Shown here one piece after another: positions 19,014 through 29,690 of a DNA stretch of 64,000 nucleotides. A model generated the notes under the pieces. That model was given only the letters and a program-made list of their open reading frames with translations. It was not told the origin of the DNA and made no database searches. Numbering within the stretch: position 1 is the stretch's first letter; each line of letters begins with the position of its first letter. Both the position numbers and the translations under genes were made by a program. This DNA comes from an uncultured Chloroflexia bacterium (GTDB taxonomy: Bacteria; Chloroflexota; Limnocylindria; Limnocylindrales; CSP1-4), in the NCBI GenBank assembly GCA_963814125.1, contig CAWFBR010000007.1, positions 18,506 to 82,505 of the forward strand, written 5' to 3'.

Positions 19014-21038
19014 TCACCTTGGCCGCTTCGGGAGCCAAACCCTCATGCCGAGCCCTCGGCGGTTCCCCCACGCGAAATACGGCAGGGCGCGGATTCGATC
19101 CGGATGCCGCCGGGGCGCGCCCGACGGCTCGAACTCCCCGTACGGCCAAGAATTTCCGGCCTCCGATCGGATGAGACCGTCGAACGAGAGCCAGACCATC
19201 TCGCCCAGGTCTTGTGCCTGCCTGGTTTCGATTTCGACGTTGGGGGCGTCCTCGATCTCCAGGGACTCGACCGAGGCTCCCGAGGGTAGATCGGCATCCT
19301 CGACCGCGTAGACCAGCGGCCCTCGCTCCAGAGCCACGCAACCCCGCACGGCGTCGATCCTTGGATCGGGCGCAGTTGTCCGGGGAGTCATGTCGAGCTC
19401 GAGGCGGACCAGAGCTCCCGGCTCCCAGACGCGCGTGATCTCGATCCGATCAGCTTCTCCGCTCATCACGGTTTGACCGGCGACGCTCGCCACCGCTTTC
19501 GAGCACCACGATGGCACCCGCATCGAAAGTGTCCATGGTCGATCGATGGAACTCGTCACCGTGACCTCGAAGGTGCCTTCCCAGGGATACTCCGTCCGGG
19601 CTTCAATCGCGATCCGGCCGCCGCCTGTCTCCCCTGCGAAGGTGCCTGGCAAGTACTGGTGGATCTGCATCCCAGCCTCGTCAACGGTCACGGCGAGGTC
19701 TGGCAGACTCGCCAGGAAGCGCATCAGGTTCGGGGGGCAGCAGGCGATCCTCGGCCACGAGATCCGCCTGGTGGTCGCGATGCCCTCGAGGACTTCCGGG
19801 ACCGCCGAGTGCTGCATCAGCGGGTTCGAGTAGAAGAAGTGAGCGCCGTCGGGCGCCAGTGCAGGCAGAACCGCGTTGTACGTCTGCCGCTCGATCATGT
19901 CGGCAAAACGCTCCTCGCCCGTGACCAAGAGCAACCGCCACGCCAGCATGGCGCCCCCGATCGCGGCACAGGTCTCCGTATACGCTCGATCGGGCGGAAG
20001 CTCGAAGGCGGCGCCGAACGCCTCATCCTGGTGGTGAACGCCGAGACCGCCGGTCAGGTAGGTGAAGGAGGAAACCATGGCATCCCAGCGGTGGAGCACG
20101 GAATCCAGCAGCTCGCGGTCCCCGGTCTCAACGGCCACGTCCACAACGCCGCAATCGAGGTACATCTGTCGCACGGCGTGACCGGCCGGCTCGAGCGCGC
20201 TCCGGACCGGCTCGTGGTCCTGCCAGAACCTGGCGCCGTAGCGGCAGGTACCCAGGAGACCGTGCCCGCGCCGATCGACGAGCGTCCGCGCGAAATCCAG
20301 GTAGCGTCGTTCGCCCGTCGTCCTGTATAGCTCGACCAGGGCCATCTCGAACTCGGGGTGGCCGCAGATCAGCTCTCGGCGTCCGGGGCCCATCTCAGCT
20401 TCTATGCGCGCGACGAAGCGTTCCGCGATCCGGATGAGGCGTTCGTCGCCGAGGCTTCGTTTCCAGGCTACGGCCGCCTGGACGAGATGGCCTGCCACAT
20501 AGAGTTCGTGGCCCCACTCCATGTCCTGGAATTCGCCACCCGGTTGGGCGACCTGGTAGAAGGTGTCGAGGTAGCCGTCGGGTCGCTGGGCGCGCGCGGC
20601 GCGCTCGATCATTGGCTCTGCCAGTGCGCGCAGCTCGGGACGTTCGCCCTGGGCGAGCTCCCACCCGACGGCCTCGAGCCACTTGTAAACGTCCGAGTCC
20701 AGGAACGGAGCCGGGTTACCACCGTCCCCCTCAGCGCCTCGGTAAGGGCCCTCGGCGCCGGCAGCAAGCTCGAAGTTGGTCCCGTTGCCGCAGGCCTCAA
20801 GCCTGGACGACCCGTGCGGGATCGTCCGCTCGCGGTTCGTCCGAAGCCTTTCGTACCAGAAGCCGGCGTCGACACGGGCGTTGGTCAGGCCGACGGGACG
20901 CAGCCGCAGTCGCGCAACTCCTGTCGGCAACACTGGAGCGACCGTGAGCCTGCGACCCGGACCCTCGGGCGAGCGGTCATCTTGGAGCGTGTATGCCTCT
21001 CCGGTCGTCGGCGTCCTTGTCGTCTTCGATCCGGTCAT
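19014..21038 (-). CDS. Glycoside hydrolase family 127 protein (beta-L-arabinofuranosidase-like, DUF1680)
   Basis: Start at the ATG preceded by GAGGAGG (674 aa). GH127 signatures include LDSDVYKWLEA, HxxYxxxH-like and the Cys-rich region CAAIGG...CCPPNL. Confidence 0.85.
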   Translation of the reverse strand: MTGSKTTRTPTTGEAYTLQDDRSPEGPGRRLTVAPVLPTGVARLRLRPVGLTNARVDAGFWYERLRTNRERTIPHGSSRLEACGNGTNFELAAGAEGPYRGAEGDGGNPAPFLDSDVYKWLEAVGWELAQGERPELRALAEPMIERAARAQRPDGYLDTFYQVAQPGGEFQDMEWGHELYVAGHLVQAAVAWKRSLGDERLIRIAERFVARIEAEMGPGRRELICGHPEFEMALVELYRTTGERRYLDFARTLVDRRGHGLLGTCRYGARFWQDHEPVRSALEPAGHAVRQMYLDCGVVDVAVETGDRELLDSVLHRWDAMVSSFTYLTGGLGVHHQDEAFGAAFELPPDRAYTETCAAIGGAMLAWRLLLVTGEERFADMIERQTYNAVLPALAPDGAHFFYSNPLMQHSAVPEVLEGIATTRRISWPRIACCPPNLMRFLASLPDLAVTVDEAGMQIHQYLPGTFAGETGGGRIAIEARTEYPWEGTFEVTVTSSIDRPWTLSMRVPSWCSKAVASVAGQTVMSGEADRIEITRVWEPGALVRLELDMTPRTTAPDPRIDAVRGCVALERGPLVYAVEDADLPSGASVESLEIEDAPNVEIETRQAQDLGEMVWLSFDGLIRSEAGNSWPYGEFEPSGAPRRHPDRIRALPYFAWGNRRGLGMRVWLPKRPR

Positions 21039-21309
21039 GACTGCAATCGCCTCCTCCTCATCACCGCATCGACGAGCGGCCTTCGGACGGCACGCAACTC
21101 CGGAGCGGCCAGGACCTGTCCGAATCGGCGCGAGTCCGCGACCTGCCCGATGGTTGCGGCCGCATTCTATCCAGGATTCCCTGCTCGGCAGCGGTTCTGT
21201 CGGTCGGCGCCGGCTTCGTGGGAGACAGGACACCGCCGGCGACGATGAGCTCCGTCCGGGCGGGGCCAGTTGCTGCGACGGGCGTGCCATGCACGGCAGG
21301 CGGTCTGCC

Positions 21310-21325
21310 TGTGGTAACGGTACCA
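21310..21325. promoter_or_regulatory. Putative LacI-type operator TGTGGTAACGGTACCA (identical to 16418-16433)
   Basis: Exact 16-mer repeat in the GH127 / ABC divergent intergenic region. Confidence 0.45.
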
Positions 21326-21503
21326 GTGAGTTCGGGGAAATGCCAGAGCGCGCCGCCTCGATGCGACGTGCTGGTCGAGAAGCGACGGCGCCGGACCTCC
21401 GGGAGGGAGGGCCGGCGACCTCCAGGCCACGCCGGAATCTGGTCCGATCGAGATCCGGAGGACCGGCAACGGCACATGTCCCCCAGGCGCGCTTTACTCG
21501 CCC

Positions 21504-21533
21504 TCGCGGCTGCTAACGGTAACAGAGGTAACG
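21504..21533. promoter_or_regulatory. GGTAACAGAGGTAACGATATC module related to the site upstream of the epimerase operon
   Basis: Shares GTAACGATA(T/C)C with the reverse complement of 16406-16417. Confidence 0.3.
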
Positions 21534-21714
21534 ATATCATTTTTCCCTTGACAACGCGCGGATCGGGTCCCTACTCTGCAGGCGAAACGCCAGAAACGTT
21601 TCGCAAGCCCGGGTGATGCCTGGGCCGAACATGGCAGTCAACCTTGGTCGTGGCCCCCGCCACCGTGGGCGGGTGGCTGCGGGAACGGCCACTTTCGGGC
21701 TTCAGTCTTTGCCT

Positions 21715-21730
21715 GTGGTTACGGTAACGC
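21715..21730. promoter_or_regulatory. Variant operator TGTGGTTACGGTAACG, about 140 bp upstream of the ABC substrate-binding gene
   Basis: Preceded by the same TGCC context as the 21310 site. Confidence 0.4.
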
Positions 21731-21868
21731 GTCTTCCACCGCACGAGGAAGGGAGGCGCCCGCGCACGTTGATCGATCTGCCGACACCAGTTGGTGATCA
21801 CGAAGGAGCGCCTGGTTGACGAAGGCACGATCGACCTACCCACTGGGGAGTTGGAGGACACCTAGGAA

Positions 21869-23270
21869 ATGAAGAGAGCCCTACTTATCCTTGCGGCGGT
21901 GGTCCTGGGCGGATGTTCCAGCACCACCGCGTCAGCCGCGCCGACAGCCACGCCGGTGCCGGCCGCGACACCTGCATCAAATTCGACCTCCGCCGCTGTG
22001 GAGTCCGCTGCGGCGGCCGCCGCCAGCGCCGGCATCGAATCCGCCGAGGTCACCAACACGACCGATGCCATCACTGTCTGGATCGACCAGCCTCGCCAGC
22101 CCGTGGTTGACGGCTTCAAGGCCAAGTACCCGCAGTACGCGAGCCTGATCAACGATTCCGTTGTCGACCGCGAGACGCTGCCGGCCAAGACCCTGCTCTT
22201 CAACAACACCGGCTCCGGCTGGCCTGATGTCGTCTTCGCCGAGCCGCGACTCGTCGCCCGCGTCTCGGATGCGGCGCACGCCTTCCCGCTCGACTTGTCC
22301 ACCCTCGTTCCGGCCGACATGCTCAAGCAATACGCCGGCGCGGACAACTGCACTTTCAACGGCAAGGTCTATTGCCTCCGCAACGACCTCGCCCAGATGG
22401 TGACGTACTACAACGCACCGCTTTTCACGCAGTTCGGCTACACGGTTCCCACGACGTTCGAGGAGATGGAGGCCCTCAGCGACAAGGTCGCCAAGGACCA
22501 TCCCGGCTACTACCTCGGCACACTGGGTGACGGCTGGACCTGGCTCTCGTACATGGAGGCCAGCGGCTGCCCGTACGCCAACGTCAAGGACGTCGGAACC
22601 CTCCAGATCAACGTCAGCGATCCCGAATTGCATCCGAGGCGCGGAGCTGATGGATCACATGGTCGCTAACAAGACCCTCTGGAATACCGACTACTTCACC
22701 GCCAGCTGGGTTACGATCGCCAACAACAACAAGCTCCTGATGCTCATTGCGCCCATTTGGGCCGCACTCGGCACCTTCAAGGGCACCTACTACACCGACA
22801 AGACGACCCCCAGTCAGACCGACCACCCGCTCGGCGTCGCGCCTCCGCTCAAGTGGGCTGCGGATGCCACCGCTCAGACCGCGGCCATGGGCGGCGCGGC
22901 CTGGACCATCTCTCAGCACACCAAGAACCCGGGACTCTCGCTGCTCTTCGCCGAGTATGCGACCCAGGACCCGGACCTCTGGAAGGGCTCCTCTAACTTC
23001 CCATCCTTCACGCCGCTCCAGCCGTTGTTCAACGCGACGGTCCAGGACGACCCGATCTTCGCGAGCGACCCGACGGCCGCCTTCGCGACGGGCGCGACGG
23101 AGATCTCCGCCATCGGCGACAACTGGCCGCGCTTCGACCTGATCGCACCGCTCAACACCGTCGTCAAGGACATGTACAGCAAGAAGCAGACGATGGTGGC
23201 GACGTTGCCTGAGGTCACCTCGGTGCTCACGCCACTAGCGGAGGCTCAGGGTTACAACGTAACCCAGTAG
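21869..23270 (+). pseudogene. Sugar ABC transporter substrate-binding lipoprotein (family 1), apparently interrupted by a frameshift near 22620-22650
   Basis: The two track ORFs (21869-22669 and 22527-23270) together make one roughly 465 aa solute-binding protein. Lipobox signal MKRALLILAAVVLGGC. The frame switches within GATCCCGAATTGCATCCGAGGCGCGGAGCTG. Confidence 0.7.
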
Positions 23271-23377
23271 GACTGGCTCCTCAGGTAACTACGGGTTTCA
23301 TCGACCCAAGCGTGTAATTTCGAGGAAGGCGGCCCACATGGTCGCCTTCCTCGTCTCCGTCAGCAGAGGATCTTCCA

Positions 23378-24334
23378 TTGGCTACGCCCATTGCTCCTGC
23401 CGCGTTGCCGTTGACTCGAGGCTCCCGGCTCTCGCGCCTGTGGACCGGTTGGCGGCGGCATCGGATCTCCTACCTGCTCGTCCTGCCCTATGCGATCTTC
23501 ATGGCGATCTTCGGCATCGGGCCGGCTCTCTACGCCCTCTTGATGAGCTTCTCGAAGTTCAGCTTTGGCACGCCGGACTACTTTGCCGCCGGGCTTGACA
23601 ACTACAAACTCGCTTACGGCGACGCCCGGTTCTTCCAGGTGTTCGGAAACCTCCTCGAGTTCCTGATCGTCTCCGTACCACTGGGTATCGCGTTCGTGGT
23701 CCTGCTGGCACTTCTGCTGGACATGCGACCCGGACGGTTCTCGTCCACGTTGCGTTTGCTCTACTTCATTCCTGGAGCAGTCACCGGGCCGGCGCTGGTC
23801 CTCCTGGTGATCTGCATCGCCGACCCGGGCATCAGCCCATTCGGTCCGATCTTCCAGTCCCTCGGCGCAACGAACTTCGACGCCCTGGTCTTTCCGGGAA
23901 GCCTGCCATTCGTCTTCACGATCATGGGCTTCTTCGCCGGCGCCGGAATGTGGATCGCGATCCAGCACGGCGGGCTCCAGGGCATCTCCCCTGAAGTCCT
24001 CGAGGCGGCCGAACTCGACGGCTGCAATGCCTGGCAGAAGGCGCTCTATATCAAGCTACCGTTCATGCGTCCGTACATCGTCTACCAGACGATCCTGATC
24101 TTCGCCCTGAACGTGCAGCTCTTCGTCGAGCCGCAGCTGCTGACTTCCACCTGGGTTCAGGCCAACGTGCCGCCCCAGTGGGCCCCGAATCAGCTCGCCT
24201 ACTCGTACGCGTTTGACGTCGGAAACTTCGGCGCCGCAGCGGCGCTCTCGCTCCTGATGCTCGGCATCGGCCTTGCGGGCGCATATGTGCTGATCCGATG
24301 GACCGGCTTCTTCAAGCTCGAGGGACAGTCATGA
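23378..24334 (+). CDS. Sugar ABC transporter permease (MalF/UgpA-like)
   Basis: 6 TM helices and the EAA-type loop (LKLEGQS end). Confidence 0.85.
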   Translation: MATPIAPAALPLTRGSRLSRLWTGWRRHRISYLLVLPYAIFMAIFGIGPALYALLMSFSKFSFGTPDYFAAGLDNYKLAYGDARFFQVFGNLLEFLIVSVPLGIAFVVLLALLLDMRPGRFSSTLRLLYFIPGAVTGPALVLLVICIADPGISPFGPIFQSLGATNFDALVFPGSLPFVFTIMGFFAGAGMWIAIQHGGLQGISPEVLEAAELDGCNAWQKALYIKLPFMRPYIVYQTILIFALNVQLFVEPQLLTSTWVQANVPPQWAPNQLAYSYAFDVGNFGAAAALSLLMLGIGLAGAYVLIRWTGFFKLEGQS

Positions 24335-25275
24335 CCGGTCAGACGGCGACTAACGCAAAGGCCCGGGCCAGATTCTCGCCTGGACGATACTTTGGAGAGC
24401 TGGGGTTCGTCGGCTATGTGATCCGCCTGGCAATCCTGCTGGTCTTCGCCATCTACTTCGTGGTTCCGCTGGTGTGGCTGCTGTTCGCGACCACGAGAGA
24501 CCCAGCCAGCCTGTACGGCAACTGGTTCCCGCTCACATTCGGTTCGATCGATCGACTCGTGACGTCCTGGAACAACATCATTGGCTACCAGAACGGCGAG
24601 ATGCTCCTCTGGATGGGCAACTCCATCCGCTATGCCGGGCTATCGCTACTCGGCAGCCTCGCAATCTGCATCCCGGCCGGCTACGTCCTGGCAATCGGCC
24701 GCTTCCCGGGCCGCAGGCTGCTCCTCTGGCTGACCCTGATCACGATGCTGCTGCCCGTGTCGGCGATGGTGCTGCCGCTGTTCCTCGAGCTGAACCTGGC
24801 ACACCTCATCAACACGCAGTGGGCAGTCATTCTGCCGGCGATGTTCTTTCCCTTTGGCGTCTATCTGAGTTACGTGTACTACGGCTCCAGCCTCCCCGGA
24901 GAACTCGTCGACGCCGCCCGCGTCGACGGCGCCTCGGAACTGAGGGTCTTCTGGAACCTCGCGCTCCCGCTGGCCAGGCCGCTCCTCGGACTTCTGGCCT
25001 TCATCAGCTTCAACGCCAACTGGAACAACTTCTTCGGTCCCTACGTCATGCTGAACGACGACAAGCTGTACAACATGCCGGTTGGCTTGAACTCGGTCGT
25101 GGCCGCGACGTCGGCGCTCCGTCCAGGCTTCAATCCCACGCCCGGAGCAGTCTCCTTCGTACAAGCCGACGCTGCGATGGCCGCCATGTTCATGATCGTC
25201 CCGGTCGTCATCGTCTTCATGTTCTCGATGAAGTACGTGACGAGCGGTGCGTTCACCGGTGGCGTCAAGGGGTGA
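24331..25275 (+). CDS. Sugar ABC transporter permease (MalG/UgpE-like)
   Basis: ATGA overlap with the upstream permease. Start MTGQTATN. Confidence 0.85.
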   Translation: MTGQTATNAKARARFSPGRYFGELGFVGYVIRLAILLVFAIYFVVPLVWLLFATTRDPASLYGNWFPLTFGSIDRLVTSWNNIIGYQNGEMLLWMGNSIRYAGLSLLGSLAICIPAGYVLAIGRFPGRRLLLWLTLITMLLPVSAMVLPLFLELNLAHLINTQWAVILPAMFFPFGVYLSYVYYGSSLPGELVDAARVDGASELRVFWNLALPLARPLLGLLAFISFNANWNNFFGPYVMLNDDKLYNMPVGLNSVVAATSALRPGFNPTPGAVSFVQADAAMAAMFMIVPVVIVFMFSMKYVTSGAFTGGVKG

Positions 25276-25434
25276 CGGGTTTCTTCTGAGCTGAGTCGGG
25301 CAGGGCCGGTCACAGTGCAGTGTGGCCGGCCGGCCCGGCCGTTGGTCGTGATGTAGCCTCAGGGCCACGCTTGTCCCGTACACGACCCGACGCAGCTTCC
25401 TCCCGACGGTAGCCGACTTCCCGGAGCCTTATCG

Positions 25435-27810
25435 ATGCACTTGCCGAAGACACCAATCAACTACTTTCGCGGCGACCCCTGGGCCATCGTCGAGGAGGGT
25501 TTTGACCCCGCCTACCAGCGCATCTCCGAGTCGGTGTTCTCGGTCGCCAACGAGTTCATGGGCGTGCGCGGCTACTTTGAGGAGGGCTACAGCGGCGACC
25601 ATCTGCTCGGCAGCTACTTCAATCACCTGTACGAACTCATGGACATTCGCCACGACCAGTTGTTCAAGGGGTTCGTGACCAAGGGCGCGGCCATGGTCAA
25701 CGCCGTGGACTGGCTGTACACGCGCATCTGGGTAGACGGCGAGCAGCTCGACCTGGCGAAATCGGCTTTCTCCGGCTTTACGCGACGACTTGACATGCGC
25801 ACTGGCGTGCTCACGCGCGACTTCGTGTGGGCGACGGCCACCGGAAAGCATCTCCGGGTGACCTTGGCTCGGTTCACAGACATGCAGTCCACTCGCGTGG
25901 GCTGTCAACGCATTCTCCTCGAGCCCCTGGATTTCTCGGGAACAGTCGAGATCAGAGCCGGACTGGACTTCAACACGCACTACGAGATAGGTGCCGGCTG
26001 GGACCAGACCGGCGAAGAGAAGCGGCCCGGCCGGGATGAGATCATCAACTTCTGGCAGTGCCATCGGAAGAGCGCGGTGGAGGGCGGTTGGGCGATCGAG
26101 GCCGAAACGCTGCGAAGCGGTCACCAGCTGTTCTCAGGGTTTCGACTGCAGGCCGACCAGGCCATCGAAACCTCCCCTGTCGAGGACGTCAAGTTCATCG
26201 GCGTCGACTTCAAACTGAACGTCAAGCAGGGTCTGCAGACGAGGGTCGACAGGATTGCCGTCAACGATTGGGCCAAGACGCCGGACGTCGACGCGGTGTG
26301 GGGAAGAGGGCTCGAGCTGATGCGGCGTTTCGCCGGGGCGACCTACCGTAGCCTCCTGGCGGAGCATGTTGCCTTCTGGCAGCGAACCTGGAACGTGCTC
26401 GACGCAGACATCGAGGGCGACCCCGACGTGCTCCAGGGCCTGCGTTTCTCGAGTTTCCAGACGTACCAGTCGTACCACGGCGAGGACGCCGACCTCAACG
26501 CCCTGTGCAAGGGCATGACCGGCGAGGTCTACTTTGGGTGGGCGTTCTGGGACAGCGAAATCTACTCGCACCGCTTGATGATGTTTGTCAATCCGGAGGT
26601 CGCCAGGAATCTGCTCCTGTACCGTTACCATCGCCTACCTCAGGCGATGGAAAGGGCCCGGCAGCTCGATTGCGAAGGCGCCCGATTTCCGTTTGCCACG
26701 ATCACGGGGACCGAAGACTCCGGCACCTGGCAGCATGTAGACATCGAGATCCATTCCGATCTGGCGGTTGCCTACGCGATCTGGCATCACGACGTCATCC
26801 TGCAAGACAAGGAGTTCCTGTACCGGGAAGGCATCGAGATGCTGCTCCAGATATGCCGCTTCCTGGCGAGCTGGGGCGGATGGAGCCCATCGAAGGGCGA
26901 CTTCGGGTTCTACGGCGTCATGGGTCCCGACGAGTTCCACATGATGGTGAACCACAACTGCTACACGAACGTCCTCGGCAAGAAGGCTTTCGAGTTCACT
27001 CTCGCTGTCCTCGACGAGATGAAGGCCGCGGCGCCTGAACTCTATCGGGCGGCAGTGGCCCGGACGGAGCTTGCGCCGGAGGAGCCCAAGCGCTGGGCTG
27101 AGATGGCTCGGAAGATGCGCATCCCGAAGGACGAGCAGACGGGCGTTCTCGAGCAGCACGCAGGCTACTTCGATCTTCCCCACGTCGATCTCGAGCACTT
27201 CCCGCCGGACCAGATCCCGGTCTACAAGAACTGGGCCTACGTCAAGATCTTCCGCTACGACATGGTCAAACAGCCGGATGTGCTGAATCTCATGTACTTC
27301 TTCAGCCAGGATTACACGCTGGCGGAGAAGCAGGCCAACTACGATTTCTACGAGGCTCGGACGATACACGAGTCGTCCCTGTCGCCCTCACTGCACGCGA
27401 TTCTCGCGGTTGAGTTGGGGAAGCTCGACGACGCCTACACGTTCTTCGCCTACGGCGCTCGAATGGACCTGGACAACTACAACAGGAACACGGAGCAGGG
27501 ACTTCACGTCACATCTGCCGCCGGCGTGTGGGCCAGCATGATCTTCGGCTTCGGCGGAATGCGTACGGACGGCGACGTCCTCGCCCTGGCGCCCGCAATG
27601 CCGACCCAATGGCGGTCATACCGATTCCGGGTGCGCTATCGCGGCGCCCTGCTCGAAGTGCGTGTCAACGCCGACGAGGTTCACGTTCAGGCGATGGACG
27701 GCGGGCCGATCACGGTGAGATTGTATGGAAGTGATTGCGCGGTGGATTCTCTGGGAGTCGCCGTCGCGCTCAGGCAGCCCGGCGAGCAGCCGTTCCACAA
27801 AGTCGGATGA
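25435..27810 (+). CDS. Glycoside hydrolase family 65-like protein (hydrolase/phosphorylase)
   Basis: 791 aa. N-terminal ESVFSVANEFMGVRGYFEEGYSG is the hallmark of the GH65 N-domain, followed by an (alpha/alpha)6 catalytic region. Confidence 0.75.
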   Translation: MHLPKTPINYFRGDPWAIVEEGFDPAYQRISESVFSVANEFMGVRGYFEEGYSGDHLLGSYFNHLYELMDIRHDQLFKGFVTKGAAMVNAVDWLYTRIWVDGEQLDLAKSAFSGFTRRLDMRTGVLTRDFVWATATGKHLRVTLARFTDMQSTRVGCQRILLEPLDFSGTVEIRAGLDFNTHYEIGAGWDQTGEEKRPGRDEIINFWQCHRKSAVEGGWAIEAETLRSGHQLFSGFRLQADQAIETSPVEDVKFIGVDFKLNVKQGLQTRVDRIAVNDWAKTPDVDAVWGRGLELMRRFAGATYRSLLAEHVAFWQRTWNVLDADIEGDPDVLQGLRFSSFQTYQSYHGEDADLNALCKGMTGEVYFGWAFWDSEIYSHRLMMFVNPEVARNLLLYRYHRLPQAMERARQLDCEGARFPFATITGTEDSGTWQHVDIEIHSDLAVAYAIWHHDVILQDKEFLYREGIEMLLQICRFLASWGGWSPSKGDFGFYGVMGPDEFHMMVNHNCYTNVLGKKAFEFTLAVLDEMKAAAPELYRAAVARTELAPEEPKRWAEMARKMRIPKDEQTGVLEQHAGYFDLPHVDLEHFPPDQIPVYKNWAYVKIFRYDMVKQPDVLNLMYFFSQDYTLAEKQANYDFYEARTIHESSLSPSLHAILAVELGKLDDAYTFFAYGARMDLDNYNRNTEQGLHVTSAAGVWASMIFGFGGMRTDGDVLALAPAMPTQWRSYRFRVRYRGALLEVRVNADEVHVQAMDGGPITVRLYGSDCAVDSLGVAVALRQPGEQPFHKVG

Positions 27811-27887
27811 CCGGTCCTCTAGGTCGGGACTTGGCGGGCTGAGGATCGCCGGCTCCCAGGGTGTTCGGGACAAGGAGGAATGCCCAT

Positions 27888-29690
27888 ATGGCAGCCGTGA
27901 CGTCAGTGACGGGCGAGAGCAACGGAAGCCTCCCCCGGATCGGCATCAGGCCCGCGATCGACGGCCGCCGTAATGGGGTCCGCGAATCGCTCGAGGATCA
28001 GACCATGGGGCTGGCCCGAGGCGTGGCCGCGTTCCTCTCCGACAACCTCCGCCATTCCACGGGCGAGCCCGTGGAATGCGTTCTCGCCGACACGTGCATC
28101 GGCGGCGTCGCGGAAGCTGGCCGGGCAGCCGAGAAGTTCACACGGGCAGGCGTGGGTCTGACGATCACCGTCACCCCGTGCTGGTGCTACGGCTCGGAAA
28201 CGATGGACATGGACCCGTTGACACCAAAGGCCGTGTGGGGCTTCAACGGGACCGAACGGCCGGGCGCCGTGTACTTGGCCGCGGTACTCGCGGCCCATGC
28301 GCAGAAGGGCCTCCCTGCCTTCGGCATCTATGGGCGCGATGTCCAGGATGCGTCCGACGGGACGATCCCCGCCGATGTTCAAGCAAAGCTCCTCAGATTC
28401 GCCCGCGCCGGCCTCGCCGTGGCCCGCATGCGCGGCCGCTCGTACCTGTCGATCGGCGGAACATCGATGGGCATCGCCGGTTCGATCGTCGATCCCGCGT
28501 TCTTCGAAAGCTACCTGGGAATGCGCGTCGAGGCCGTCGACATGTCCGAAATCGGTCGGCGGATCGACGAGGGCATCTTCGACCCTGCAGAGTACGGACG
28601 GGCGCTGGCATGGACCCGCTCCAACTGCCCGGAGAGCGAGGATGCCAACCCGGCTTCTCGCCGGCGCAGCCGCGCGCAGAAGGATCGCGACTGGGAAACG
28701 GTCGTGAAGATGGCGATGATCGGCCGCGACCTGATGGTGGGCAATCCGGCCCTCGCCGACCTTGGGTTCGCGGAGGAAGCGCTCGGACGCAACGCGATCC
28801 TCGCCGGATTCCAGGGTCAACGGCAGTGGACCGATCATTCTCCGAACGGCGACTTCATGGAGGCGATCCTCAACTCGTCGTTCGACTGGAACGGGATCCG
28901 CGAGCCCTACCTGATGGCCACCGAGAACGACAGCCTCAACGGCGTGGCAATGCTCTTTGGGCATCTCCTCACCAACACGGCCCAGATCTTCGCCGACGTT
29001 CGAACGTACTGGAGCCCACAGGCGGTTCTGCGGACTACCGGCGTCAAGCTCACCGGGCTCGCCGAGAACGGCTTCATTCATCTCATCAACTCCGGGGCCG
29101 CCACGCTCGACGCCACCGGCCGCGAGCGCCAGGATGGACGACCCGTCATGAAGCCGTTCTGGGAGATCACCGAAGCCGAAGCCGCCGACTGTCTGCGCGC
29201 CGTTCGTTGGAGCCCGGCCGTCACCGAGTACTTCCGCGGCGGTGGCTACTCGTCCACGTTCGCGACTCCCGGCGGGATGCCGATGACCATGAGCCGGGTG
29301 AATCTCGTCCGTGGCCTGGGGCCGGTGCTCCAGATAGCCGAGGGCTGGACGGTGGACCTGCCGCGCGAGGTCCATGAGGCGATCGACAAGCGTACCGATC
29401 GCACCTGGCCGACCCACTGGTTCGTGCCGAGGACGAGCGGCAGCGGGGCGTTCCGCGACGTCTACGAGGTCATGTCGAACTGGGGCGCCAACCACGGCGC
29501 TATCGGCTTCGGGCATTTCGGCGCCGACCTGGTCTCGCTCGCCTCGATCCTGCGGATCCCCGTCGCGCTGCACAACGTCCCCGAGGAGCAGCTCTACCGG
29601 CCGAGCGCCTGGGGTGCGTTCGGGGCCATGGAGCCTCAGGGTGCGGACTATCGCGCCTGTGCCAACTTCGGCCCGCTCTATGGCCGGTAG
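27888..29690 (+). CDS. fucI: L-fucose isomerase
   Basis: RBS AAGGAGG. Near-colinear with E. coli FucI ([89 protein letters not shown]). Confidence 0.95.
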   Translation: MAAVTSVTGESNGSLPRIGIRPAIDGRRNGVRESLEDQTMGLARGVAAFLSDNLRHSTGEPVECVLADTCIGGVAEAGRAAEKFTRAGVGLTITVTPCWCYGSETMDMDPLTPKAVWGFNGTERPGAVYLAAVLAAHAQKGLPAFGIYGRDVQDASDGTIPADVQAKLLRFARAGLAVARMRGRSYLSIGGTSMGIAGSIVDPAFFESYLGMRVEAVDMSEIGRRIDEGIFDPAEYGRALAWTRSNCPESEDANPASRRRSRAQKDRDWETVVKMAMIGRDLMVGNPALADLGFAEEALGRNAILAGFQGQRQWTDHSPNGDFMEAILNSSFDWNGIREPYLMATENDSLNGVAMLFGHLLTNTAQIFADVRTYWSPQAVLRTTGVKLTGLAENGFIHLINSGAATLDATGRERQDGRPVMKPFWEITEAEAADCLRAVRWSPAVTEYFRGGGYSSTFATPGGMPMTMSRVNLVRGLGPVLQIAEGWTVDLPREVHEAIDKRTDRTWPTHWFVPRTSGSGAFRDVYEVMSNWGANHGAIGFGHFGADLVSLASILRIPVALHNVPEEQLYRPSAWGAFGAMEPQGADYRACANFGPLYGR

